A DNA stretch of 62,262 nt, counting the filler, from Choristocarpus tenellus KU-1152 (Eukaryota > Protista > Phaeophyceae): NCBI GenBank assembly GCA_964200185.2. It is 13 parts of 13 records of this genome, joined end to end, with 100 filler letters (N's around TTAATTAATTAA, not from the genome) between each part and the next. Parts side by side here need not be neighbours in the genome. Positions count along the whole stretch, not along the records: positions 1 to 4,216 come from CAXNAD020015644.1; positions 4,317 to 7,845 come from CAXNAD020019437.1; positions 7,946 to 12,483 come from CAXNAD020014103.1; positions 12,584 to 15,189 come from CAXNAD020026342.1; 9 more parts are not named here. One strand, given 5' to 3'. A program made the translations under genes and the position numbers. Below, in pieces: positions 1 through 13,026 of this stretch. The notes under the pieces are model-generated. The model saw only the letters and a list, made by a program, of their open reading frames with translations, had not been told where the DNA came from and did not search any database. Each line of letters begins with the position of its first letter. Positions within the stretch are counted from its first letter, which is position 1.

Positions 1-281
1 CCCCCCCCTCCCAGATACTTTGGGTCTTCTTTGGCCTGTTGCTGTAGAGCTCTACCTGACTAATGCTCCCAACACATTCATATTTGCAATTAACAACAGC
101 CTACATTACATATATGGTGGAAGTTCATTGGAAATAACAATGAATCGCCATGTATATTTTTAACACTTGAGTCAAGAAACTCTAGTTGAGATTAACTAGC
201 TAATAATCCAGCGGCAGTCAGCAGCATCAACAACAACAACAGCATCACTCCGCCCACCCCTGGGACAGGCACTTACCTCAC

Positions 282-1140
282 TTAGTAGATCTGCCCATGC
301 AGACACTCACCCTCGTCTGCGCATGTCATGCCACAAAATGGAGATGTTCCATCAACACTCCCAAGAATAAATCGTAGTGCAATTAACAACAAACACAGTG
401 CACATGGTACATAATCTGGCTGGTGTGCATCATTTCTGCACTCGTTAATTGTTCCTAACTGGTGATTGCTTTTGGCTGGAGGAATAGCCTCACACAAACT
501 GGAAGAAAGACCTAACCCTAACCCTAACCTTGACCCTAAGAAAACTAGATTTTGAACTGGCATTTAAGACCTGATGAGTAGAATCTTTAAAATCTTGATG
601 ATTTCAAAACTCTCTAGTTCTTGGAGGTGTCGTAAATTGGCATTTTCTGTTAATATTTGTTCTTTTTGGTGGTGAGGAGTCTGGCAAAACAAGCCTTTCT
701 GTCATAATATGTTAGAAATAAAGTTTGCAGTAGAGGGGTAATGCAATTACTACAATGCTTAGGATGGGAGAGGAAGGGTGCATCTTCATGAAATTTCAAG
801 GACCAGTCCAACTGAAAGGAGACAAAAGATGTTCAGATACTTCGATTGGGATGTCAGCCTGGGGTATCGAGGCGTGGTTGGTTGGGAGGCCAGACAGGTT
901 TTCCCATCTACTGCAATCTGGGCACAAAAAATAAAATAATATATGAATGCTATGCAACTGGGAAGACCACACCCTCAGTGTAAAGGCGGAACAACTCCTA
1001 ACTTAAAATGAACCTTGGTAAAAATGACAAGAGCTCCTCTCATACCTGTGTACCAACAAGAATATAAGCACAAAAGGAGTTGAAACTACTCCACAACATG
1101 GGACATTTGGTACACTCAAGTATCTCTCTCAATGTTGGTC
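282..1140 (-). mobile_element. Highly decayed Ty3/Gypsy-like pol (RT/RNase H) remnant
   Basis: Frameshifted minus-strand fragments in pol order: FCAYILVG..EELL (RT YxDD region), SGLPTNH..IP..FSWT (RT-RNase H connection), QNLVFL and INECR..PCAL (RNase H end). Weak similarity judged by eye. Confidence 0.3.
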
Positions 1141-1368
1141 AGGTGTAATATATTTATTGTTGGCTGTAAAGCAAGTCTCCTGCGACACGACTTTTTCCTG
1201 CAGTCTTCGAGCACAGGAACCTGCAGTCAATCACAAAAGGGAATCAACACTTAGGGGACCAAGGTACTATACATCCTTTTACTTATACAAACATAATTGT
1301 TACCCTGTTGTAGGGGGAAGGCAGGTGGTCGGGATACACACAAGCAAGGTGTGCCAGAATCGGGGTCT

Positions 1369-1626
1369 GAGTCAAAGTATCTTGGAGGGTAGAGCTGCGT
1401 CCATTTGGGGATCAAAATCCCATGTTGTGATTTTGATGTAATTTTGGCTATCGTGTTTGTTAGGAGATGTCAATATCCTTTTTCTGGACACACCTTTTCA
1501 TAACGTATAAATTTTAACTACTCCGAAACCTTTCAGAGTAGGAAAATGTAAAAAACAAATTGTGGGAAGTCAAGCCCCAAATGAACAAACAGGGCAAAAC
1601 TCGTACCCTCTAAGATACTTTCACTC
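1369..1626 (+). mobile_element. MITE family A, full copy (PIF/Harbinger-like, non-autonomous)
   Basis: Terminal inverted repeats (TIRs) GAGTCAAAGTATCTTGGAGGGTA / TACCCTCTAAGATACTTTCACTC with 3-bp TSD TCT (1366-68, 1627-29). Four other copies in the window. Superfamily inferred from TSD length only. Confidence 0.85.
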
Positions 1627-2843
1627 TCTAGGGAGGGAGGGAGGGAGGAGGCCTGCAACAAATAGGTCTGAGTGGAGTTTCTTTGTAGAATATTAAATGT
1701 AAACCAAATAATGGACAGATTACCATACTTGCCATCCCTTCAACAGAGATATTGAAGCAAAATTTCGGCCTGTGAGAAGTCACGCACAAAGTGGACTGTA
1801 AAGGAGCATAACATAGGGCAGCATCATCTGCAGTTGAAATTACATTCACCTTAGTAGTTGGGAATAAAACGATACAGTAAATAGAAGAATAGGGAGGCAC
1901 TATTATAACTGGTGCAAAGGAGCAACAAGCAACAAATCTCACAACACAAGCATCCTTAAGGTCTCTATCGCAGTAGAGGAGGAAAGAGGTCAAAACATCG
2001 TAAGGCAGAATTTTCAACAATAAAGTAAAGAAACACAAACTGGCTTCAAGAGCTTGCGACCTATCCTGCCTACACTGCCCTCACAGGACTACAGATAGGT
2101 CGAACAACAACAAAAAAAGTCCGCAGCAGCAGGCAAACGTCATCTCCCAACCAACTCCTAACCACGACTGCACCCTATAAATAGAGTTATTTCCTTCAAA
2201 ACGTCACTCACACACACTCACCACACAAGCAGAACCCCCCTCCATTCCCAAGTCACTTACCACGAATCACTACATACTATCCCTCCTCCCTCTTCACCCA
2301 ATATGCCAAAAGCGTATCAGCTACTACAGGTGGAGAGGTCAAACACAGCAGAGACTAACCAGCACGTGTCAAGCCAGTGCCAACAGGCCCCAAGAACAAA
2401 CGCCTATATAACATAACTCCAACTGCATCTTCATGCCGGCACACCTACGTGCACTGTTGCCTCAACACAAGAGAACCACTTCCATAAGCAATGCCCCCAA
2501 CCCAAGCCAACTCTACAGTGGCAAGTCAAAGCGGGTGCCCGTCTTTCTTGGTTTCCGTTTCGAGCCATTTTCGCTGTGCTTGCCCTTGCCCCGCATTTGC
2601 TGCCAACGCCTCCTCCCAGACGTGCTCTTCCCAGCAAACTCCCCAACCTTGTCACCACACGAGTTTTTTTACGAAAAAAAAGAAGAAAATTCGTTGTTGT
2701 ATGTGTTACAGCATGGGGGTGGATTCAGGGGATGGGAATGGCACGGTATTGGTTGTGTGAAAAAAAAAAGTACGTATAGAAAAATTGCATGTACTTTGGA
2801 TGGGAGGTTTATGATGAAGGAGGCGTTCAATTGATTGCGGAAC

Positions 2844-3126
2844 GGGAGTGTCTTGGAAGGTACGAGTTTTTGCCCTGTTTGTCCCCCTTTTTGGGGGGGG
2901 CTTGGCTTCACACCAGTTTTTTTCAAGTCATGGTTCCTACTCCGAAATGTTTCTGGAATTGGTACAATGTCATACGTTTTGGTGTAGGTTTCCTGCATAA
3001 AACCACGAGAAGGTGTGTTAGGAACAAGGATATTGACACTTCCTAACAAAGACAAAGACGATGGCCAAAATTACATCAAAATCGCAACATTGGATTTTGG
3101 CCCCCAAATGGACTCGGTTGTACCCT
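2844..3126 (-). mobile_element. MITE family A, diverged copy in reverse orientation
   Basis: Reverse complement aligns to 1369-1626 (GTACGAGTTTTTGCCCTGTTTGTCC...AAGGATATTGACAC...GGATTTTGGCCCCCAAATGGAC). Confidence 0.75.
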
Positions 3127-3527
3127 TAACCCTAATCTGTGAAGAGTTAAAAAATAAATAAATTTGTGGAGCGTTTAATATATTTTGTTAAGTTGATCTT
3201 CCGTCTCAACTCATGTGCTACCACAGCATCAAGAGTTGTACCCGTGTTACACAAAGAGCCAGTTTTTTTTTTAAAAGGAAAAATTACAGCCGCAACAAAC
3301 CCTAACCCTTCTGGGAGAAACAGGAACAGCAGGAACAAGGCATTGAGTACAAATGACAACCATGTTACACTGTGGATATAAAAAAATGACAAATTGCATA
3401 AAAAAACAAGCAGCACCATTAATTTGTTCAAAACGCCTCCGCAGCAGAGCAGTAATTTGCTTAAAATAAGACAGCTTTTCTAGACCCAATGCATCCATTT
3501 TTCAATCCTTCTCCAGTTTACACTTGA

Positions 3528-3738
3528 CCATAGGATGCCTCACACAAAACAACGCCTACAATAATGTATGAAACCCCCCAAAGCATACAATATATAACCA
3601 TAGAATGCCTCACACAAAACAACGCCTACAATAATGTATGAAACCCCCCAAAGCATACAATATATAACCATAGGATGCCTCACACAAAACGACGCCTACA
3701 ATAACGTATGAAACCCCCCCCAAAAGCATACAATATAT
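3528..3738. repeat. Tandem repeat, about 70-bp unit x3
   Basis: CCATAGGATGCCTCACACAAAACAACGCCTACAATAATGTATGAAACCCCC...AAAGCATACAATATATAA starts at about 3528, 3598 and 3668. Confidence 0.9.
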
Positions 3739-4040
3739 GCAATACTGAACTTTGGTTCTACAATAAGGACAAAAGGTAAAGAACAGGGCGGGGGGCATCA
3801 GGATAAATCAGAAGAGAATCACAAGAACAATACACTACACCGCTTGAATTTTATCAACAATTTCATCAGAGTTAAAACAATAACTACTCTACTAAAATAT
3901 TATTAGCAACAAACCACCATGATAACACCTACAGTAAAAAAAAAACCCCATCAGAACAAAACACAGGCCAAAAGACACCACCACGCAAGCGGACACTACC
4001 AACCCTAACTCAATCAACCTGCCCGTACTGAATATTCCTC

Positions 4041-4072
<32 letters not shown>

Positions 4073-4216
4073 TAACAAAAAAAAACCCACTTCCTAAAAA
4101 AACAAACACCACATCACAATACCCCAAAATATCATTTCACAGACACACCCAGACACATAACGCCTGCCTATCAACAAAGAACCCCCCCCCCCCGCCCCTC
4201 CATCCTTCCCCCCCAG

Positions 4217-4316
4217 NNNNNNNNNNNNNNNNNNNNNNNNNNNNNNNNNNNNNNNNNNNNTTAATTAATTAANNNNNNNNNNNNNNNNNNNNNNNNNNNN
4301 NNNNNNNNNNNNNNNN
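4217..4316. other. Artificial contig-joining spacer (first of 12)
   Basis: Identical 44 N + TTAATTAATTAA + 44 N structure (stop codons in all six frames). Also at 7846-7945, 12484-12583, 15190-15289, 19396-19495, 23845-23944, 28084-28183, 32039-32138, 34721-34820, 48586-48685, 53665-53764 and 58419-58518. Confidence 0.97.
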
Positions 4317-4603
4317 GTCAGTGTTGACTGGTGGAACTGTATCGTATCAAGGAGCAAATAGATGAGTAGCCTATGTTTTAACACTCGTAAGGTCGTCCCT
4401 GAATCCATCTCAAGAGGATCATGCCCATTCTACAAATATGGTTATGCCTCCTATTTTTTATTCTCGTCCTGAAATGTTAGATACAACACCTCCCTATCAT
4501 CAGGATGCTCATGAAGGTGAGAATGACCTCCAGACCTTAGACATACCAACCAATATCCACAGCAAGAGATGGAAGAACTTGGGTGGGCATTCTACAAGGG
4601 AAC

Positions 4604-4788
4604 AGCTCAAAGTATCTGAGGGGGGGGGGCGACGACTCTCCATTCGGGGCCCATTTTTTCATGTTACGATTTTTGGGTGATTTGGTTGCACGCGTCAGAT
4701 GGATAATGTAAGTTCGCTTCTCTTGGGAAGGGCCCGAATGGACACCCTGGTGTAGACCCCCTCTCTCCCCTCCCAGATATTTTGAGCC
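4604..4788 (+). mobile_element. MITE family B, full copy
   Basis: TIRs (A/G)GCTCAAAGTATCTG + G-run / C-run + CAGATATTTTGAGCC; internal sequence homologous to 7006-7189 and 48972-49146. Confidence 0.8.
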
Positions 4789-5749
4789 AGCAATGGGAGA
4801 AACAGGTGAGGAAGAAGGGGACTCTGTTTGGAAGATTGAAGACAACGAGGAACTAGGGGGATGAGGACTGTTGTATGCCCAGAATAAAATGCAGTGAACT
4901 TGAAAATTGAGCTAGCATCAAAGTCGTGGGACTTGATTATTCGTAAGGGGATTTTGTTCCAAAATTGAAGGGATGAAAGGGAGTAGGAGGTACTCAAGGC
5001 AGAGGATGGTGTAATGCAGAGGTCTTTCAGAATACACAGGAGGGAAAAAATAGTTACGACAGGGACACCTGTGAAGGAGGGTAGATTTGTAGTGAGAGGT
5101 GCACCATTTGATAGTCAGGTGTTACGGGAATGCTACTGCAAGGCCAGCATGTCTCTCCTCCCACAGTCCCTTTGACTCGCCTGTGATGTTAGCCCTGATA
5201 CTCCCCTCACATATCACACCTACCCCCCCTGTGCTCAAAAGGCCGGTTCCCGTCTGTGTATGCGCAATGAATGGCCAGGAGAGTCCGGTATTCCCACGTC
5301 CTTGTTTTGTTTTGGACACCTCCCGCTCTCCCCTCTCTTGAATTCCTGCAGCCGATCACTCTCTACTTCAAACTAGCAGTCAGTCCAGCAAGTCCATTGT
5401 TCCTGCCCTACTTAACTCCGTTGAGCTAGATTACTGCTTTTCAGAACACTGCATAGAGTGACTACCTGTTGCAGATCCAAGACAGGTCCTCATGCAACAT
5501 CTGGGCCTCATCCTAATTCCTCCCTCCCTTTACAATCACACTCCTTCTAACCCTTCATCATTACGCCTGCACCAGCCTCGACTGGCCCCCAGGAGGCATC
5601 ATTTGATACTCCAACCTGGTCCAAACGACATGGGAATGAAGCAGGAGAACTTGAAGTGCAATAATAACAGGAGGTTAGTGCACAGGTGAGGGTCCTGATG
5701 CTGACATTCACAAATATGCAAACAAGCAAATTCGAAAATAAGCACTAGA

Positions 5750-6330
5750 GCACTATAGCTCCAACACGCATACTATCCTTTATCTGCAAAGATCACATTT
5801 GCGCACACTCACAGACTGCAACACAGTAATAACTATTACCTATTGTTACTCCTTGAACATTTATCTGCTTAGCCCCAGAAATCTCATACCCTCTGTTGTC
5901 AACCTTGGCTGTATAGTGTTGTGCGGTGGAAAGTATGTTCATTGTGATATTTTGAAGCAAATAGTGCTTCACTTCTAATTTACTCCGGAGCAATCCTTAC
6001 ATGCTGCATGTAAACCGTAAGAAAGCAATGCCATAGAAGTTTTAGCAATTGAAGTGGATATGTATATCGGCTAAGAACAGGAAAACATAATATTAATTGT
6101 ACCTAGTAAATGACCATTGGCACCACCCATAGTGACAGTATTGGTACTATATTTTGGTCTGTCATGTCGAGTGGTGGTAATTGGCAGGGGTACATTTTAT
6201 ATATGAATCTTCTGAGTACGAAGGAATGTATGTCAGTAGTCATGCAGGATATTTTAGTAGTTGGAATACTAATACTTCTTCGAAGGATGGGAGAGTGAGA
6301 CACTTCTCCTGTGTTGCTTCATCCACGATC
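5750..6330 (-). mobile_element. Decayed Ty1/Copia-like RT remnant
   Basis: Minus-strand fragments PSFEEVL, LP..IVPILSLWVV and HYTAKVDNRGYEISG resemble the Copia P.s..EA / KWVF / YKARLVAKGY series, in the expected order. Many stop codons. Confidence 0.33.
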
Positions 6331-7005
6331 ACACTTGAATCACACTACTACCTCTTCCAGGGTTGGTTTGTGGGCCAATGTCTTCCTGGTCAGCCATTTA
6401 AATGGGGCTTTGGTTGGTCAGAAGTACAGTATGACAAAGAATGAAACTGTTGACGCTATGCTTGAAATACGATTCAATCGTTAGTGGTAGAATTCTCTTG
6501 CGCTTTCTCGACTTCAAGTTAAGGCACTCTAACATATGATCTCCCCTTTCTTACTCTAGGGCTGCTCCTCTCAATGGATTTGTGGATGAGACCATTGGAG
6601 GTTAGATTTGTTGTCCCTATCCTCCCTAGATGTACCATCTGCCAATCTATTCTCCTTCCCCAGTCCATGTTCACAGTAAAAAACAGACCACCCCCCCCCG
6701 CTACCTCCAATACCCCCATTCTCCTTATCACACACCCCATCCTCTTATCCTTTGCCCCTCCACACTTTCAAACTAATGGACACGGTCCTCTTCACCCACC
6801 TCTACCATTTCCCGATCCTTCGATGAACCATAAAACTCACACGCTTCCTTCGTGGCACACTGGCCACCTAATTATCCTGCTGGCATGACAAATCATGAAT
6901 AGATCCTTATCTTTGATGGTTCCTGGAAAATTCCACTGGCAATATACACAACTTTGAGATTTTGGTCCTTGCACTCTCGGGAAGCACTAGGGCCCTGCTG
7001 TTACT

Positions 7006-7189
7006 GACCCAATGTATCGGGGGGGGTGGGGAGAGGTCTACACTAGGGTGTCCACTTGGGAGAAAAACTGGAGAAGTGCATTTACATTATATCCATCAGA
7101 CGCTTGCAACCAAATCACCCAACAATCGCGTCATTTAAAAATTGACCTCAAATGGACAGCCGCCACTCCCTCCCCAGACACTCTGTGCC
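7006..7189 (-). mobile_element. MITE family B, full copy in reverse orientation
   Basis: GACCCAATGTATCGGGG...CCCCAGACACTCTGTGCC flanked by 3-bp TSD ACT (7003-05, 7190-92). Confidence 0.8.
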
Positions 7190-8033
7190 ACTGCAGCCTC
7201 TACAACTTCAACAAGTCTTCCCTCTAATTCACACTACGATGATTCCCGCACTCCATCCTACTGTCCAACTACCAGATTCCTGTTCCGTATTCAGGTTCAC
7301 GGTGTTGGACTACACGATCTAACCAATCCATCCGTGTGAAATTGATCCTCCCCGATCAAAGAATTTTAGGCCCCATTTTCGCTCCAGCCGCAACATCAAT
7401 TGCAGCCAACCTGTCGACCAATATTTACCCACCTTTGCTACATCCCCGAGGTTCTGGCTACCCAACTCTGCTACACCCCTCATCTTATCCCATTAAATAA
7501 AGGTGACCCAAGAACGTTATACAGTGGTCGAAAGGCTGGGTGTGCTACAATACGAATATGTAGATATCCCACAACTTGAGTCGCACAGACACAGGCACAC
7601 CACCCTGGCCTCGCTACCTACTTGTATATACAGGATTTAGTCAAGGCCAGGCAAATGCCAATGTCCTTATGTGGGTGTGCTGGTTCAAGAGGATTTCTTT
7701 CTCCAAGGGTGGTGTTTAGAAAACACCAGGTGTTGTGATACCGTGCCATATATGGAGCCACGTGAGAATTGAAACCGCTTCAACCGATTGGAACGCTTCG
7801 AGCTTAGCCCCCGAAACCGTACAGGGTACGACCCTGACGCTTGAGNNNNNNNNNNNNNNNNNNNNNNNNNNNNNNNNNNNNNNNNNNNNTTAATTAATTA
7901 ANNNNNNNNNNNNNNNNNNNNNNNNNNNNNNNNNNNNNNNNNNNNTATCTTTTTTGTTTTTTGGTTTTTTTTTTTTTGTCCATGGTGTTTTTTGATTGGT
8001 CGATTGAACTGCCTGTGTTTTTTTTTTTTTGAG

Positions 8034-11000
8034 GTGGTCGGAGATGCAGCAGGAGATGTTATCGATAATGTTCGGTAGACTGGCACAGCTTATCAGAGAG
8101 GTTGAACCTGACCAGTGGGACAACACTGCCTCGGATGAGGAGGTGACAGAACCCTAACACTAACACTGTGTGTGGTATAGTTGAAGTGTGTGATAGGTAT
8201 TTTGTAGGTTTATTTATTTTAATTGTCTATTTACTGCTTACTAATAGCTTTTTTTTGTACACAACAGTTTTTTTTTTCCTTGAAGGATGATTAGAGCGAG
8301 TTTCTCATGCTGGTGGAGTATTCATTTATTATTGTTATTATTATTATTATTATTATTTTACTGTAGTATTGTTCTACTGATGCACTATGATGGTGAATAA
8401 TTTGTGTTCCTATTTTTGTATATGTTGGGAGGCGTGATTGATATGAAATAAAAACTAAGTGTGATGCTCCAGAAGAATGCACTACAAAACCCTCAGGACT
8501 TGAGTGTTTGGTCCACCAACAGAGGTTGAAGGGTTTTTTTGACAACAACAAAAAACGCTTTAGTTGAGGTGTATTCCTCTGATTTTGAATCACACATTCC
8601 TCTTGCTCTAGAAAAGGAATGATTTTGATTGGTAGAGATAGATCCCTGTGTGTTTGTCAATAATGTTATTTTTATAGAAGAAGATTGCTCTTCTATTAAT
8701 AGGGCTAGGGTTAGAGCGTACCTATCAATTATTGTTCTTCCTGCTGCATTGGAAAACTTCTAATGGAAATGTATTTTTAATAGTTAATATTATTTGCCTT
8801 AAGAAATTTATTAGGGTTAGGGTTGGCATTTTGTTTGAGCTCAGGGGTGATTATTGTCAGTGGTAAGTTGTATTGTGCAAAATGTAGGGTATACCTTCTG
8901 CTGCCAAATATTAAAAAATATTGAGTATCATTCCATGAATCTATCTCCTGTTTGTAAGTAGCAGAAATGGGGTGTTTATTGATGCCTATTGATTTGTTGG
9001 CAGGCTACCAAGAAATTGTTATTTTTATAATCTGAGTGTATTATGGTAGTCCTCCCTTCCACACTCACCTGTAACTGTGTTTTTTATTAGTAATATATTA
9101 ATAATTTTGTTGTTTCATTTGTATGAAAGGAGATTTTCCAAAGTGTTACTAATATTGTTGGATGATTTGTATGAAAGGAGATTTTCCAAAGTGTTATTAA
9201 TATTGTTGTTTCATTTGTATGAAAGGAGATTTTCCAAAGTGTTATTAATATTGTTGTTTCATTTGTATGAAAGGAGATTTTCCAAAGTGTTATTAATATT
9301 GTTTCATTTGTATGAAAGGAGATTTTCCAAAGTGTTATTAATATTTTTGTTTCATTTGTGCGCTACTGTCTTCTTGACTCAATGTGAACAGGAACATAGG
9401 CTTTTGTTCTAATGGTGTGTGCTGCATGCAGGACATACATAATTTCTCTACAGCTTGTATGTTACATTTAGGATTATTCTTCCTCAAACCTCATGACACA
9501 CTACTTGTATTGGTGTTTTTTGTTCATTTATTAACGTACGTCAAAAACGTCTGGTCGAATGTTAGGCATTCATGTTAAAAAAAAATACTATATCTTATTT
9601 TTTGTTGCTTCCTATTTGTGTATACTCTACTGTGGTAGGTTTTGACAGGATTTAATGTGGAGGAGGTTGTGGACCGCTTGGTGCAACACCACCGGAGAGT
9701 TACTGAGGTCTTTAAGGAGATGTATGCAGATGTCAGGTGTGTTATGTGTATGTAGGTAAAAACATGTATATAAAAATTTGTATAGCCACTACAGAGTTAT
9801 CATAAACATGTCCATGTGTGTGGTATTTACACCTAAGCACAAAACTTTCAATATGTGTTAGTATTTTCATCATGGATGTCTTGTGTGTAGAGTTAGGGCA
9901 AAAGACCTGCTGTCACTTGGACTTGAGACAACTTGGTTTGAATATCACCTTCAGTTTTTTCTCTTAGATTGTGGTTCAGTCAGAATTATGCTATGACCAG
10001 CCCTAAACCTAAGTGTGCACAAGACTGTCACGGTAAATTTTGAAATTATACCATTGTTTTGAATATGGTATTCACTGTACTTAAGACACCATGCCACTCC
10101 CCACTCCGTCTGTGACTGTGATACGTTATTTTTATTATGAATTGTAATAGTGGGAGGATGGCATGAAAGAAATAAAAATGCTGTTTGTACCACTGTTTTC
10201 AGATGTCAGATTTAGTCATGGACCTATTTTTGTTTTTTTTTAGTGATACGTAATGATGTAGTGTAGTGTAATGGAACTACTAATTCTCTAGGTTGGAGGT
10301 TGTGTGACATGCATTTTGCTAGGACAAGACGGGAAGTATTTTGTTAGTATTTCCTTTAAACATTAAATACCCTATTTCTCCACAGTTTTTGGTATGAACA
10401 AGAAAACCCTCACCTCTTTTTTTTTACAAATATATTAAAATTTTGGCATTGGGAAGAATGGACAAAAAACTGGATAGGAGATTTATTTGGACTTGGAGAT
10501 ACAGAGTGTTACCAACAAACAGATCTCTGCATGCTAGTTTCTTGTTAGTCAGTGGTTAACTTGCCCGCTGCCTGCATGAACTTTGGGTGTTTGGATCCCT
10601 TCAAGACCTGTTGTTTGGTTGAAAGTCTGATTTTGATAGTCATAATAGTATTCTGTGTGTTAAGCACAATGGATTGTATGCCTGTGCCATAGTGTCAATG
10701 GGTACACCTCAAGAATACCCGACCAAGATGAAGGTGGAAACTTGGGGTGGGTCCAATAGAAGGTTTGAGGGAGGGGATTGATCAAGAAGTGGTGGGAGTG
10801 ATGAACACAATGAGTGCACACAATGTAGGAAACTGATGCACTACAATCAGTCATAATACTAGTGCAACACCCAGTAGCTTGTATGACAAGTATTAGTAGC
10901 GTTGTTTGTCAGGCCTCTGGGCACAGGTTGGGATAGTCCCCACAATGATGTGACAAATAATAATAAAAAGTGATCATGAAACTGTCAAAGTGTTAAGGTA

Positions 11001-12236
11001 TACATGTAACGAGATGTGTGTTGATTACCTTGAGCAATTTTCTTTCGTCTGTCAACTATAATAATTTTTTATTTGTATCATGGTGGAGCTGTTTTTCCTC
11101 CAAACCCCCCCAGATTGTGAAGGGCGCAGATTCTAAGTGGTACATGTTTAGCTACTGTACTTGGTAATTAGTGCTGGATGTACTACTGCAACTGGAATTG
11201 GTGCTGATATTGTACATATTATAATACTTTTACAGTTGGTACTATTGCTGTACACATGGTACTAATAACATGTGTAGGAGTGTTACCATGTATGTGGTGC
11301 TGCTATAGTTTTCAAGAGCTGTGTTGATGCTGAAAGGCAAACCTTGATTCTCTGTCAAAAGGGGTTTTGTTCCTACCTTGTATTGTGCATGCAGTAGTGT
11401 CTCCCTCTCTCCCTCTCTCCATTCTAACCGTAACAAATGTTGATGCTTTTTCTTTTTTATTTCATCAATTTTATTTATATCTTTATCTTCTTTTGATATT
11501 TCTATTGAATTTAATAAATCTTTTGGAATATATCTAATTGAATTTTTTAATGCTATTTCTAAATGTAGAGTTTTGAGATTTACAAGAAAAGTTTGATAAA
11601 TCTTCTTTTATTAAATTCAGATTTGGTATGGAGTTCATATTAATAAAATTTATATATTGTTGATGGGTGGGGTCTGTGCACTATGTGTACTGTAATGCGG
11701 CATTTTCTCCCATCAATAGAACAAGCCTCTTGGAAGATTGAGACAAAATAGTGCCTTGACTTGGCCTACTTCCTTAGTGTACTTTCCTCAATCTAAAATA
11801 TTAGTACAGCAGCCATTAAAGAACATATCATACATTGTACACACCAGAGTAAAAAATATGCCACAATATATTTCATTATACTTCCTCCCCCCCCCTCCTG
11901 AACAAAGGAAGAGTCTCATGCAATGCTCTTTTACCCCCCACCCCCTCATCACAAACTACCAGATATGGGCTGACAGATGTGCAAATGGGCGTTAGCTTCT
12001 TGCGTTCAAAGCCATACCTGACCCTCCTTGAGAAGACAATGGGAGATCTCCTAGAGTGGGTCGGAGTTTCCACTGGTCAAACCATGCTCCCAGGGGGTGG
12101 CAGCACCCGTGGTGGATCAGTCAAGTCTGCCAAGGCAGTGGGAGCAACAAAACCCAAGGTTGTCGGATTTGGCGGGGGGGGAGAGGAGACAGCAGGTTCA
12201 AAGAAGAAAAGCGCAAAGAAAAAGCGAAAGCGTTAG
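8034..12236 (+). CDS. 3' part of an unknown multi-exon protein; exons 8034-8142, 9649-9736, 11977-12236
   Basis: Phase-consistent GT-AG splicing gives WSEMQQEMLSIMFGRLAQLIREVEPDQWDNTASDEE|DLMWRRLWTAWCNTTGELLRSLRRCMQMS|DVQMGVSFLRSKPYLTLLEKTMGDLLEWVG...GFGGGGEETAGSKKKSAKKKRKR*. No family recognised. Confidence 0.6.
9095..9358. repeat. Intronic minisatellite, 48-bp unit x about 5
   Basis: TTATTAATATTGTTGTTTCATTTGTATGAAAGGAGATTTTCCAAAGTG repeated; explains the spurious 16-aa-repeat ORF at 9077-9412. Confidence 0.93.
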
Positions 12237-12414
12237 TTTGTGTCGTGTGACTGGGTGGGGGGGTCCCTTGGGCAGGGGGGTGGATCTCCGAGGGAATGGG
12301 GGTTACTCGGTTTGTGTCTTTGCATCGGCATCTGAACTAGTTGGATTTTTTTATTTATTGCTATTTTATTTGTACCTGCTTGGTGGGAGATTGGGACATG
12401 TGATTGGCTGAGGT

Positions 12415-12483
12415 GGCTCAAAGTATCTGGGAGGGGGTGGCAGCTGTCCATTTGGGGCCAGTTTTTTCATGTCGCGATATTTG
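12415..12483 (+). mobile_element. MITE family B, left end truncated by contig end
   Basis: GGCTCAAAGTATCTGGGAGGGGG...GTCCATTTGGGGCC. Confidence 0.75.
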
Positions 12484-12583
12484 NNNNNNNNNNNNNNNNN
12501 NNNNNNNNNNNNNNNNNNNNNNNNNNNTTAATTAATTAANNNNNNNNNNNNNNNNNNNNNNNNNNNNNNNNNNNNNNNNNNNN

Positions 12584-12762
12584 CTATCGTATTTGTTAGG
12601 AAGTGTCAATATCCTTGTTGTAGACACACCTTTTCATAACGTACACATTTTACCTACACTAAAATATTTTGAGTAGGAAAATATACAAAAAAAACACGAG
12701 GGAAGCCAATCCCCAAATGGACAAACAGGGAAAAACTCATACCCTCTAAGATACTTTCACTC
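12584..12762 (+). mobile_element. MITE family A, right part truncated by contig start
   Basis: Ends with TACCCTCTAAGATACTTTCACTC; aligns with about 1448-1626. Confidence 0.8.
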
Positions 12763-13026
12763 AAATTGCAAAGCAAACTGTTGGTGGCGTCTTTACATGG
12801 CGGCATGTAATGCTTTTTATATTGTCTTGCATATGATAGTAAGGCATGTGCTAAAATGGTATTTGCAACACGTTAAAGTATGTATGTTACAACTGAGAAA
12901 TCATTGCATCTGGACAGGTTTATGCCTCTATCAGTATCATAGATCTTGTACAGATCATCACACACCTTGCTTGTATACCGCAAGTAGATCAGTTAACCTT
13001 CCTCAGTTCTGCCCCCAAATCAAAAG

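Noticed and set aside
4261-4272. TTAATTAATTAA as a biological palindrome or piggyBac target site
   Set aside because: Always centred in fixed-length N runs; it is a synthetic linker.
4850-5340. Possible Penelope-like RT/GIY-YIG remnant (also the CxxC at about 6630)
   Set aside because: No GIY-YIG or RT catalytic motif could be found.
9077-9412. ORF with 16-aa repeats (also the 13-aa-repeat ORF at 60450-60890)
   Set aside because: These are translations of intronic minisatellites whose unit length is divisible by 3.
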